From Verrucomicrobiota bacterium (GTDB lineage: Bacteria; Verrucomicrobiota; Verrucomicrobiia; Limisphaerales; AAA164-E04), in assembly GCA_047947115.1 (NCBI GenBank), contig CP170459.1, positions 4,576,001 to 4,640,000 of the forward strand: a stretch of DNA of 64,000 nt, in the 5' to 3' direction. Position 1 is the first letter of the stretch, and each line of letters starts with the position of its first letter. The notes below the pieces were generated by a model. The model saw only the letters and a list, made by a program, of their open reading frames with translations, searched no databases and was not told the DNA's origin. The translations under genes and the position numbers were made by a program. This document shows positions 40,749 through 51,869 of this stretch, one piece after another.

Positions 40749-43700
40749 CTACCGCCCCAGCATGTTTGCGAGACCACTTTTCAGATCTTCCAGTATCAGG
40801 TAACCCGCCGGCACCAATATCAGGGAGATGGCGGTCGCGAACATAACTCCGAAGGCCAACGAAATGGCCATCGGAACGAGGAATTGTGCCTGCACACTTT
40901 TCTCAAGAATCAGTGGTACCAACCCCACGAAGGTGGTCAGTGAGGTCAACAAAATCGGACGAAACCTTGCCACTCCCGCTTTCCTCACAGCTTCCAAAAG
41001 TGAAAGCCCCTGTTCTCGTTGTCGGTTGATGTAAACAACCAACACCAGATTGTCATTCACCACCACTCCTGATAGTGCAACGATTCCGAACATGGACAGA
41101 ATCGTCAATGGTAGTGCCATGATGATATGCCCCCATATCGCTCCAACCAAACCAAATGGAATGGCAGACATCACGATGAATGGCTGAAGGTAGGATTTGA
41201 ATGGTACGGCAAGAAGCGCATAGATGATAATCAATGCCAGTGGATAACCTTTTAGGATACCTTTGATGGTGTCCTGCTGCTCTCGCCGTTCACCTTCCCA
41301 TGAATACTGGAGATTAGGGAAATCCTGCATGAGTTTTGGAAGGAAATTCGCGTCAAGATCCGCAATGATCTCGGTTGTATTACCTTTACTCGCATCAACA
41401 TCGGCAGTCACATTAATTGACCTTCGACGATCGACGCGTTGAATGGTTGAGTAGCCTCGTCCACGGGTAACCTCGGCAACTTCCTCGAAAGGAACCTCCG
41501 TCCCGTCAGGTAACCGCACACGCATGGATTCCAGCGAACCAATCGATCGGCGATCATTTTCCGGATAACGAACCATCACGCGCAATTCGTCGCGTCCGCG
41601 TTGTATCCGTTGGGCCTCCTCTCCATAAAAAGCTTGTCGCACCTGTCGCCCCAGATCAGCCTGTGTTAAACCGAGTGCCTCGGCTTCCGGTTTGATGGAA
41701 AGTTTCATCTCCTGTTTTCCCTCGCGAAATGAATCAGAAATATCTTGAATCCCCGGGTAGCTGGCCAGGTGCAGTTTCAACTGATCGGCAGCCTGCCGAA
41801 GCTTGTCGAAATCCTTACCCGTGAACTGGACGTTTATGGGCTCGCCTGAAGAAAAAATCGAAGCCGTAAAAGTCAGATCCTCGACACCTGGAATCACATC
41901 GGTCAAATTCCTCCAGTCATTGGCCAGATCATCGCTGCTGGTTCCTTCACGCAATTCAGAAGCGGTCAATTCCACGTGCACCTCCCCCAGATGAGGACTG
42001 GATATGTTCGGAACAAATTTACCGGCACCTTCCTGCTGTGTTTTGCTGTAAGGTTGCTGCCCCACAGAAGCCAGGACATGCCGAAAAACACTTCCCTCTT
42101 CTTCCGTCCTGCCTTGATCCATTTCGGTTTGAAGTTGAAGTGCGCTGTCAGATAATTTTTTAACCGCCTCACGGGTAACTTGGACAGGGGTCCCCTGTGG
42201 CAGAGTCAGGATCGCCGCCACGTTGTCGCCTTCAACAGGCGGGAAAAACTGAAACTTCACCCAACCGCCAAGCACCAGACCAACCGTCACAAAAAACATG
42301 CCAACAGCCACGGACAATGAAAGATAACGCCATATCAGCGCCTTCTCCAAAAGAGGGGCATAAACGGCATGTATAAACCTGTCAACGCGTCGGGTAAATC
42401 CTTGTTGAAATCGATGCCAAATCATCAACGGATGCCAACGGGGCCCACCATCAACGTCTTTATCGTCAATTCGAACCCGATGACTGAGGTGAGTGGGCAA
42501 AACAAACAACGATTCGATCAATGAAAACAAGAGGGTTGGGATGACCACCATGGGAATACCCCGCATGATTTTCCCTGTATTCCCGGGCACGATCAGCAGT
42601 GGAATGAAGGCCGCCACGGTGGTCAGCACCGCAAAAATGACGGGTTTACTCACTTCTTGCGCCCCAAGAATGGAGGCTTCAAGTGCATGCTCATGATTTT
42701 CCTGATGGGCATGAATGTTCTCACTGACCACAATGGCATCATCCACCACAATCCCAAGTACCAATATGAAGGCAAACAGAGACAACAAATTGATGCTGAC
42801 ACCCATGATAGGCATCACCCAGAGCGTCCCAAGAAACGACACAAACAAACCAACACTCACCCATCCGGCCAATCCCAACCGGAGAAACAAGGCAAGCGTG
42901 GCAAACACCAAAGCCAGTCCGTAAAGCCCGTTTTTCACCAACAGTTCCTGGCGACTTCTCAGGTAAGACGAGTCATCCTGCCAAGTGGTCATCAGAACCC
43001 CTTCGGGAAGCGCCGATTTGTTGGATGCCACATAATCCCGAACCGCCGAAGAAATCTCCAATGCATTTTGGTCCCCCACACGAAATACCTGCACCATGAC
43101 AGATGGTTTGCCATCGAAAAAAGCTTCCTGATCAGTTTCCATGAAACCATCCACCACATTGGCAACATCTTCGAGCAATAACCTGGTTCCATCCGGACGA
43201 GTTAGCAATACGATCCGACCAAACTCTTCCCCCGTGTAGGACTGCCCTTTGGTTCTGAGAAGGATCTCTCCCCCATCCGTTTTGACCGTTCCTCCCGGGA
43301 GATCGAGTGAGGAGCGCCTCACCGCGTTCGCAACGGTGTCAAACTGGATCCCGAATTTCCTCAGAGCGCTCTCTGACACCTCAATGGAGATTTCGTATGG
43401 CCGCACGTTGGCAAGTCGGACCTGGGTGATTCCGGGAATGGCGGCGAGTTCGTCCCTGACACGCTCACCGATTCGTTTGAGAGAACGCTCATCCAAATCT
43501 CCGGCAATGGCAACGTTGATGACCTGCTTTTCCACTAGAATCTCCTCGACAATCGGCTTCTCCGCCAATTCGGGAAATGTGTCAATGGCATCCACCGCGG
43601 CCTTGATTTCATCCAAAGCCTTGGACATGTCGGTGCTGGGCAGCAATTCGGCACGTATGGTTCCCATGCCTTCCATTGCGGAAGAAGTAATTTTTTTGAT

Positions 43701-43931
43701 CCCTTCAATACTTTCGATCGCTTCCTCAACCTTGATACAGACGCCCTCTTCGACCTCTGCCGGGGCTGCCCCAAGATACTCGACACTGACGGAAATCATA
43801 TCCGTGCTGACGGTCGGAAAGACCTCGCGTTTGGCGCTACTCAAGCCGGTGAATCCGGCGACAACCAGTCCAACCACCAGCAAATTGGCAGCCACATTAT
43901 TTCGAGCAAACCACTGAATCACACCGTTCAT
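40749..43931 (-). CDS. RND efflux transporter permease (AcrB family)
   Basis: 1060 aa; LGIVVDDAIVVSEN, GVVVND, RFRPILLTSLTT. Confidence 0.95.
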   Translation of the reverse strand: MNGVIQWFARNNVAANLLVVGLVVAGFTGLSSAKREVFPTVSTDMISVSVEYLGAAPAEVEEGVCIKVEEAIESIEGIKKITSSAMEGMGTIRAELLPSTDMSKALDEIKAAVDAIDTFPELAEKPIVEEILVEKQVINVAIAGDLDERSLKRIGERVRDELAAIPGITQVRLANVRPYEISIEVSESALRKFGIQFDTVANAVRRSSLDLPGGTVKTDGGEILLRTKGQSYTGEEFGRIVLLTRPDGTRLLLEDVANVVDGFMETDQEAFFDGKPSVMVQVFRVGDQNALEISSAVRDYVASNKSALPEGVLMTTWQDDSSYLRSRQELLVKNGLYGLALVFATLALFLRLGLAGWVSVGLFVSFLGTLWVMPIMGVSINLLSLFAFILVLGIVVDDAIVVSENIHAHQENHEHALEASILGAQEVSKPVIFAVLTTVAAFIPLLIVPGNTGKIMRGIPMVVIPTLLFSLIESLFVLPTHLSHRVRIDDKDVDGGPRWHPLMIWHRFQQGFTRRVDRFIHAVYAPLLEKALIWRYLSLSVAVGMFFVTVGLVLGGWVKFQFFPPVEGDNVAAILTLPQGTPVQVTREAVKKLSDSALQLQTEMDQGRTEEEGSVFRHVLASVGQQPYSKTQQEGAGKFVPNISSPHLGEVHVELTASELREGTSSDDLANDWRNLTDVIPGVEDLTFTASIFSSGEPINVQFTGKDFDKLRQAADQLKLHLASYPGIQDISDSFREGKQEMKLSIKPEAEALGLTQADLGRQVRQAFYGEEAQRIQRGRDELRVMVRYPENDRRSIGSLESMRVRLPDGTEVPFEEVAEVTRGRGYSTIQRVDRRRSINVTADVDASKGNTTEIIADLDANFLPKLMQDFPNLQYSWEGERREQQDTIKGILKGYPLALIIIYALLAVPFKSYLQPFIVMSAIPFGLVGAIWGHIIMALPLTILSMFGIVALSGVVVNDNLVLVVYINRQREQGLSLLEAVRKAGVARFRPILLTSLTTFVGLVPLILEKSVQAQFLVPMAISLAFGVMFATAISLILVPAGYLILEDLKSGLANMLGR

Positions 43932-45118
43932 TGATGGTCCTCACTGTTTTGGAATATCGGATTGACTTTGACACCTTCCATTGGAATCTCCAGAGACGAC
44001 ACACATACCACCTCCCCTTCATTCAAACCGGAACCAATGACTGCTTCATCACCTGCATACTGAATGATACTGACTTCCCTGAATCGGATTCGATTGTCCT
44101 CATCAACCAGCATCAACTGATTCTCACGCACAATGGAAGACCTGGGCACGACAAAGGTGGCGCTTTGCACAACACCCTGAATCCTTGCTTTTACAAATGT
44201 CCCGACTTGCAGCGGAGCAGACGCATGCTCTCCATGGGCCAGGCCGAACGGATCATTCACTTCCGCAATCAGAGATATCATGCGCGAACGTTCATCAAGA
44301 CCTCCGGAGGTCCGGTTGATGTCAGCTTTCCACGTATGCTCACCACCGGCGTAATCACTCGTTAACATGACCTGAACCGGCTCCACGCTGCCGCCCCCAT
44401 CCGGAACTCCCAATCGTGGATCAAGGAACGCCAGCTCACTGACTGCCACTGGCAACTGAACTTCCATTTTGGAAACATCAAAAACACGCGCAAGCTCCTG
44501 TCCCCTCCGCACGAACTGCCCTCGATCCACCGATTTTACCATAATACGCCCATCAAACGGCGCCCGGATTCGCGTGCGCTCCAAGTCTTTCCTCGCTTTT
44601 ATCAACGTGGCCTCGGCCGATCGAACCATCGCCTCAGCCTCCTTCAGTTGAGGTTCACGCAGCAGCAGTGGCGTGGCACCTTCCACAAACTGTGATGACA
44701 ATGCCTCCCAATCCTGACGCGCCAGTTTGGACTCGGCCTTGATGGTTTCCAGCTTGAGACGCGCACCGGCCAGCTGTGACTCCGCCTGAGCCACGAGTGC
44801 TTCGTAATCCGTCGCATCCAAATGTAAAAGAATGTCCCCCCTGGAAAAGAAACTTCCCTGCTGAAACGAAGACGCCGTCTTAGTCACCACACCGTCCAAT
44901 TCGGACATGAGAGGAATGCTGGTTGATGCCCGGACGGTACCCTGACTTTGAACCTCGAACACTTTGGGCGCCAATTTGACGCGCAGGACTTCAACGACCT
45001 GGTCAAACGGCTCCAAAGGTATGGGCTGTGCACGACGTCCGAACTTGACCAACAGGACGGTCAATACGGCACAAACGAAGACGACAAGAATTGGTAAAAT
45101 GATCTTTTTTCGGTTCAT
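43928..45118 (-). CDS. RND periplasmic adaptor (MFP)
   Basis: N-terminal TM, lipoyl/hairpin IRAPFDGRI; ATG at 45118 chosen as start. Confidence 0.92.
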   Translation of the reverse strand: MNRKKIILPILVVFVCAVLTVLLVKFGRRAQPIPLEPFDQVVEVLRVKLAPKVFEVQSQGTVRASTSIPLMSELDGVVTKTASSFQQGSFFSRGDILLHLDATDYEALVAQAESQLAGARLKLETIKAESKLARQDWEALSSQFVEGATPLLLREPQLKEAEAMVRSAEATLIKARKDLERTRIRAPFDGRIMVKSVDRGQFVRRGQELARVFDVSKMEVQLPVAVSELAFLDPRLGVPDGGGSVEPVQVMLTSDYAGGEHTWKADINRTSGGLDERSRMISLIAEVNDPFGLAHGEHASAPLQVGTFVKARIQGVVQSATFVVPRSSIVRENQLMLVDEDNRIRFREVSIIQYAGDEAVIGSGLNEGEVVCVSSLEIPMEGVKVNPIFQNSEDHQ

Positions 45119-45125
45119 GCTGAAA

Positions 45126-46610
45126 TTAATTTTGCGACAATACGGGTGGGGCGCTTGATAGAGGAGAAAGCGGAGAGTCAGCAGCTTCAAAGCCCCCGCC
45201 GAGAGCCAGCAGCAAATCAACGCGGTTGACAAACAACAAACGCCTGACTTCGATGATCTGGGTACGATCATTCAAGTACCGGCGCTGAGATTCAAGAACG
45301 GCAAAAATATCAGCCACCCCCTGTTGATACCGATCTTCGGCAAGCCTCAAAGCAGCTTTGGATTGATCAACAGCCAACTGCAGGCTGGTATGCCTCTTCC
45401 TCAACCAATGATCGGACTGCAATCCTGTTTCCACCTCACCAAAAGCCCGCAGCAGACTGGAATGATACTCCGCCAACGCCTCCTGTATCCGCGCCTTGGA
45501 CAAATCGATTCCCGCAAGCAGACGCCCCCCTTGAAAAAGAGGTTGGGCCACGTTCGAAGCCACACTCCAAACGGTAAAATCCGAACTCAGCAGATCATCC
45601 ATGGACGCAGTGCTGGTACCTGCCGTCCCTGTGAGACTGAGTCTTGGGTAGAGCGCCTTTCGTGCCGCATAAAGACGGCTGTCCGCAGCTTTCAAACGCC
45701 ATTCGGCAGCTTGTAAATCCGGACGTCGCAACAAAAGTTCCGAAGGCAACCCCGCAGGCACCTGGCCGGTTGGGAATGGGAGCTTGGTCACAGAATGGAA
45801 CTGGCCATCCGGAAATTCACCCGTCAACATTTGCAACAGACGGGTGGCGATTTCCAATTGTTCGCGACGCTGTTGAACCAGAGCTCGCGCATTCTCGGCG
45901 CTGTTCAAAGCAAGTCGCACTTCAAGCGATGGTTTGACTCCATTGAGGTACCTCCTTTTCACCAACTCGGAGGTAGTGGAAAAATTTTCGTCAGTCTCGG
46001 TCGCCAACTCCCACTGAGTTTGGGCCGCCACAACCTGAGCCCATGCTTTGGAGACTTGAGCGGCCAGCGACATGCGATAGTAAATATAATCCTGTTCCGC
46101 AGCTCTGAGTTCATGCGATACCGCCTTTTTGCCCGCCCTCAATCTGCCCCATAAATCCACCTCCCAGGATGCGTTCAGATTCAGTCCATACGATTTGAAG
46201 CGGGTGGTAAGGACATCACCTCCGGAACCAGGAATAGGCAGCCCGATGAAATTCTGCTTGGTTTCGCTCCCTGCGAATCCTGCCCCCACGGAAGGCAGCA
46301 CCTCCGCACCGGCAATCCGCGCATTGGCAACCGCAAGCTGCAACCGAGCCCCCATTGAGGCCAGGTCGGGACTCTGCCGAAAAGCGGCATCTATCAGTCC
46401 GTCCAACTCTTCACATCGAAGCTCATCAAACGCCGCACCGGTCATCGTGTCCGGCAGCCTGCCAGAGGCCGAACTCCAATGATCAGGAGGAGAAACGGAC
46501 TTGCTGGCGGGCTCAGTCAGGTTTGTCGAGCGACATCCCATCCAGGCAATCGCAACCGCAACCAGGCACCCCATTCTGAAGTACATTCTTAACATAACCT
46601 TGAAAATCAT
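45126..46610 (-). CDS. Outer membrane efflux lipoprotein (NodT/OprM family)
   Basis: Lipobox-like WMGC, SWEVDLWGR, GLPSELLLRRPD, LGGG. Confidence 0.92.
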   Translation of the reverse strand: MIFKVMLRMYFRMGCLVAVAIAWMGCRSTNLTEPASKSVSPPDHWSSASGRLPDTMTGAAFDELRCEELDGLIDAAFRQSPDLASMGARLQLAVANARIAGAEVLPSVGAGFAGSETKQNFIGLPIPGSGGDVLTTRFKSYGLNLNASWEVDLWGRLRAGKKAVSHELRAAEQDYIYYRMSLAAQVSKAWAQVVAAQTQWELATETDENFSTTSELVKRRYLNGVKPSLEVRLALNSAENARALVQQRREQLEIATRLLQMLTGEFPDGQFHSVTKLPFPTGQVPAGLPSELLLRRPDLQAAEWRLKAADSRLYAARKALYPRLSLTGTAGTSTASMDDLLSSDFTVWSVASNVAQPLFQGGRLLAGIDLSKARIQEALAEYHSSLLRAFGEVETGLQSDHWLRKRHTSLQLAVDQSKAALRLAEDRYQQGVADIFAVLESQRRYLNDRTQIIEVRRLLFVNRVDLLLALGGGFEAADSPLSPLSSAPPVLSQN

Positions 46611-47260
46611 TTCCCTCCTATCGACTGTGCCCTGAGCCCCCCGGCGACGAAGGCAACCAGTTGTTCAAGCACTTCATGCTGTGATTCAACATCGCACACA
46701 CCACCGGAAAGAAGAACCGGTCGCTCGCGATCACAAAGGGTATGGCACATCGCACCCAGCATAAAATGAATGCGCCAGTAGAAATCCAAATCCGGCAACT
46801 CGGTCAAAATCTCTCTGAAAGCAGAGGTGTAATTTTCGAACACATCCCGAAACCGGTCTTTGAGAAACAACTGCAAAGCATGAGATGGCTCCGAAAAAAT
46901 ACGCCCGATCAACCTCACGATGTTGTTGGAACCGGGCTCACCACCTCCAGCCAACCTAAGCGCCGGCTCAAATAAGGCTCTAAGTACATCTTCCAATTGT
47001 AGTTCTCCCTTGCCGTTACTTTCCCTCAATGCGGCTAAACGTTCCAGACGCTCTCGATTGATAGGCTCCAACCGACGAGCCAAAACCGCCTGAATAAGAG
47101 ATTCCTTCGAACCAAAATGATAATGGACTGCTGCGATATTGACGTCTGCTTTGGCAACAACAGACCTGAGCGAAGTCCCATCAAACCCCTTCTCCACAAA
47201 GAGCATCTCGGCAGCATCCAAAATTGATGTTTTTGTGTCAGTTGTGGAGGATTCGGACAT
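46607..47260 (-). CDS. TetR family regulator (PsrA-like)
   Basis: TKTSILDAAEMLF..KGFDGTSLR...VNIAAVHYHFGSKE HTH. Confidence 0.92.
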   Translation of the reverse strand: MSESSTTDTKTSILDAAEMLFVEKGFDGTSLRSVVAKADVNIAAVHYHFGSKESLIQAVLARRLEPINRERLERLAALRESNGKGELQLEDVLRALFEPALRLAGGGEPGSNNIVRLIGRIFSEPSHALQLFLKDRFRDVFENYTSAFREILTELPDLDFYWRIHFMLGAMCHTLCDRERPVLLSGGVCDVESQHEVLEQLVAFVAGGLRAQSIGGK

Positions 47261-47271
47261 CTCAAAATTCT

Positions 47272-47289
47272 TTCAAACGTTTGTTTGAA
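47272..47289. promoter_or_regulatory. Putative TetR operator TTCAAAC-N4-GTTTGAA
   Basis: Perfect 7-bp inverted repeat 11 bp upstream of the TetR start; fits the PsrA-type (C/G)AAAC-N2-4-GTTT(G/C) box. Confidence 0.7.
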
Positions 47290-47573
47290 TTTGCAAGTAG
47301 TTTCAGATCAAGTCAACAGAGGTTTTAGAAAAATTCCCAAGCCCACCGATTCCACCCCATGAGGAAGCCCGACTTAACTTATCAGCTCATGCATACGTCC
47401 ATTTCCAACTTATATGCGACATGGAGTCACGATCGTCGCTTCAGCTGAAAACACATGTGAAATCAAAGTCGATGCAAACGTTCCGGCCAGATTCCCGGAA
47501 GTGATTTCCGTCGGCAGTTCAACAGCAGAACCGGGAAACGGAAGAGTGACACGAAAAACATTGCATCCCCAAA

Positions 47574-47590
47574 CGTGCCACCTTGGCACG
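47574..47590. promoter_or_regulatory. Palindrome CGTGCCA-cct-TGGCACG, candidate upstream activator site
   Basis: Perfect 7-bp inverted repeat about 120 bp upstream of the sigma54-type element before dnaK. Confidence 0.4.
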
Positions 47591-47708
47591 ATCATGAAGG
47601 CCACCAACAGAGTCATTGTGTCTCACGTAATCACTTCACAATGTCTCACACCATACAACCAAAAACCTTATCACGTTCTTGTACTTCATGTTACACACCT
47701 CCAACAAT

Positions 47709-47725
47709 CTGGCACCCCAAGTGCT
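47709..47725 (+). promoter_or_regulatory. Sigma54 (-24/-12) promoter for dnaK
   Basis: CTGGCACCCCAAGTGCT: TGGCAC with exact GG-N10-GC spacing, 35 bp before the dnaK ATG. Confidence 0.65.
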
Positions 47726-47760
47726 GCTGGGGTTTCAAACGAACGAAAGATTTTTTCGAA

Positions 47761-49713
47761 ATGGCAAAAGTATTAGGCATAGATCTTGGGACCACGAATT
47801 CATGTATGTGCGTGATGGACGGAGGTGATCCGCTCGTCCTCGAAAACTCAGAAGGGAAACGCACAACGCCTTCAGTGGTAGCATTCAGCAAAACAGGCGA
47901 ACGCTTGGTAGGTGACGCGGCAAAAAGACAGGCGGTTACCAACTCCAGGAACACGATCTATTCCATCAAGCGCTTCATGGGGCGCAAATTCGATGAAGTG
48001 CAAGAGGAACTCAAACGCGTCCCCTATAAAGTAGTGAAAGCTGCCAACGGAGACGTGGCGGTGGAAGTGGAGCAGAACGGCGAGACCAAACAGTACAGCC
48101 CACCCGAAATCTCCGCGATGGTTCTCTCAAAACTGAAAGCCGACGCGGAAAATCGCCTGGGCGAAAAGATCACCCAGGCAGTCATCACCGTACCAGCCTA
48201 TTTCAACGACTCCCAACGCCAGGCCACCAAGGACGCCGGTAAAATCGCCGGACTCGAAGTGCTCCGTATCATCAATGAACCTACCGCTGCATCCCTCGCC
48301 TACGGACTGGACAAAAAGAGCGACGAGAAGATCGCCGTTTATGATCTGGGCGGTGGCACCTTTGATATCTCCGTGCTGGAAATCGGAGATGGCGTCTTCG
48401 AAGTAAAAGCGACCAACGGAGACACTCATCTGGGAGGTGACGACTGGGACAATGCCCTGATGGACTACATTCTCGATGAGTTTAAATCCGATTCCGGTAT
48501 CGATCTCCGAGGACAATCCGACGCCCTTCAGCGCATCAAAGAGGAAGCCGAAAAGGCAAAAATCGCTTTGTCCAGTTCACAGGATTACGACATCAATCTA
48601 CCGTTCATCACAGCGGACGCCTCCGGTCCCAAACACATCGCGCTCAAGCTGACCCGTGCAAAACTGGAACAACTCTGCGACACCCTGTTTGACCGTACCA
48701 TTCAGCCAACCAAAGCTTGTTTGGATGATGCAGGCATGGGAGCCAACGAAGTGAACGAATTAGTGTTGGTGGGTGGAATGACACGTATGCCCAAGGTGGT
48801 GGAAACCGCACACAAACTAGTCGGCAAAAAGCCGCACCAAGGGGTCAACCCTGATGAAGTGGTTGCCATCGGTGCAGCCATCCAGGGCGGTGTATTGAAA
48901 GGCGATGTCAAAGACGTACTGCTCCTTGATGTCACACCTCTTTCACTTGGCATTGAAACACTCGGCGGCGTGTTCACACGTTTGATCGAACGCAACACCA
49001 CCATCCCTTCCCGTAAATCGGAAATATTTTCCACGGCTGCGGATAACCAACCCGGAGTTGAGGTCCACGTGCTGCAAGGTGAACGACAATTCGCAAAGGA
49101 CAACAAGTCCATCGGACGCTTCCAACTGACTGACATTCCACCGGCCCCGCGTGGCACACCTCAGATTGAGGTGACCTTCGACATCGATGCGAATGGTATC
49201 CTGAACGTCAGCGCCAAAGATCTCGGGACCGGAAAGGAACAGAAGATCACCATCACTGCCAGCAGCGGGCTCTCCCAGGATGAAGTGGAGAAAATGAAAG
49301 CCGACGCGGAAACTCATGCAGACGATGATCGCAAACAGCGCGAAGCAGTCGAAACTCGCAACAAGGCGGACAACACCGTCTATCAATCCGAAAAATTCCT
49401 GAAAGAAAGTGGCGACAAAATTTCCGCCGAACACAAGCAGGAACTGGAAAACGCTGTCAAGTCCGTTCAGGAAGCTCTGAAGAACAACGACAACGACGCC
49501 ATCAAGACTACTTCCGACAAGCTTAGCGAGATCTGGCAAAAAGTTTCCACAGAGCTTTACCAGCAGGCAGCGGCCGCACAAGGAGCAGGCGCCACCCCGA
49601 ATCCTGAAGGCGGAGAACCAGGCGCACAGTCTGAGGCTCCAAAGCAGGGCGCCGGCGACAAAGACGAAGGCCCTATCATTGATGCAGAAGTGGTCGATGA
49701 GAAGAAGGACTGA
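47761..49713 (+). CDS. dnaK: Chaperone DnaK
   Basis: [44 protein letters not shown] at 47761. Confidence 0.98.
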   Translation: MAKVLGIDLGTTNSCMCVMDGGDPLVLENSEGKRTTPSVVAFSKTGERLVGDAAKRQAVTNSRNTIYSIKRFMGRKFDEVQEELKRVPYKVVKAANGDVAVEVEQNGETKQYSPPEISAMVLSKLKADAENRLGEKITQAVITVPAYFNDSQRQATKDAGKIAGLEVLRIINEPTAASLAYGLDKKSDEKIAVYDLGGGTFDISVLEIGDGVFEVKATNGDTHLGGDDWDNALMDYILDEFKSDSGIDLRGQSDALQRIKEEAEKAKIALSSSQDYDINLPFITADASGPKHIALKLTRAKLEQLCDTLFDRTIQPTKACLDDAGMGANEVNELVLVGGMTRMPKVVETAHKLVGKKPHQGVNPDEVVAIGAAIQGGVLKGDVKDVLLLDVTPLSLGIETLGGVFTRLIERNTTIPSRKSEIFSTAADNQPGVEVHVLQGERQFAKDNKSIGRFQLTDIPPAPRGTPQIEVTFDIDANGILNVSAKDLGTGKEQKITITASSGLSQDEVEKMKADAETHADDDRKQREAVETRNKADNTVYQSEKFLKESGDKISAEHKQELENAVKSVQEALKNNDNDAIKTTSDKLSEIWQKVSTELYQQAAAAQGAGATPNPEGGEPGAQSEAPKQGAGDKDEGPIIDAEVVDEKKD

Positions 49714-49816
49714 CGGACAATCAACATTCCCTTTAACAACAAACTGTATTTCAAGAAAGTCTTCAGCGAGTGTTGGAGACTCAAATTCCGAAAACAACAA
49801 GACATCAAATAAAAAT

Positions 49817-50110
49817 ATGGCACTAAAAGTAAAACCTCTCGGCGATCGCGTGCTCGTGGAAGCCGTTGAAGAACAAGAAGTGAAACAGGGTGGCATCATC
49901 ATCCCTGACTCCGCAAAGGAAAAACCCACCGAAGCCAGGATTGTGGCACTCGGAACCGGCAAAACCGGCGATGACGGCAAAAAATCGGCATTCGAAGTCA
50001 AGGTCGGAGACACGGTCCTGATCAGCAAATACGGCGGCACCGAAATCAAGGTGGACGGCAAGGAATACAAGATCCTCAACTCGGACGATATCCTGGCTGT
50101 TCTCGGCTAA
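49817..50110 (+). CDS. groES: Co-chaperonin GroES
   Basis: [33 protein letters not shown] at 49817. Confidence 0.98.
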   Translation: MALKVKPLGDRVLVEAVEEQEVKQGGIIIPDSAKEKPTEARIVALGTGKTGDDGKKSAFEVKVGDTVLISKYGGTEIKVDGKEYKILNSDDILAVLG

Positions 50111-50161
50111 GAACCGGTTAACGAACAAACCGATACCCTGAACAATTTTAAACAGAAATAG

Positions 50162-51802
<1,641 letters not shown>

Positions 51803-51839
51803 TCCACCCGGAATTCATTCCGATGTATTTATACCGCAC

Positions 51840-51869
51840 GGAGGCCGACCATGTCGGCCTCCTTTTTTT
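51840..51869 (+). terminator. Intrinsic terminator after groEL
   Basis: GGAGGCCGAC-cat-GTCGGCCTCC followed by T7. Confidence 0.9.

Noticed and set aside
47575..47760. 62-aa Cys-rich in-frame N-terminal extension of DnaK in the ORF track
   Set aside because: DnaK homology starts at [10 protein letters not shown] (47761) and the sigma54-type promoter lies inside the extension
49750..49776. Possible CIRCE element before groES (GAGTGTTGG half-site)
   Set aside because: The left arm TTAGCACTC is missing at the required 9-nt spacing
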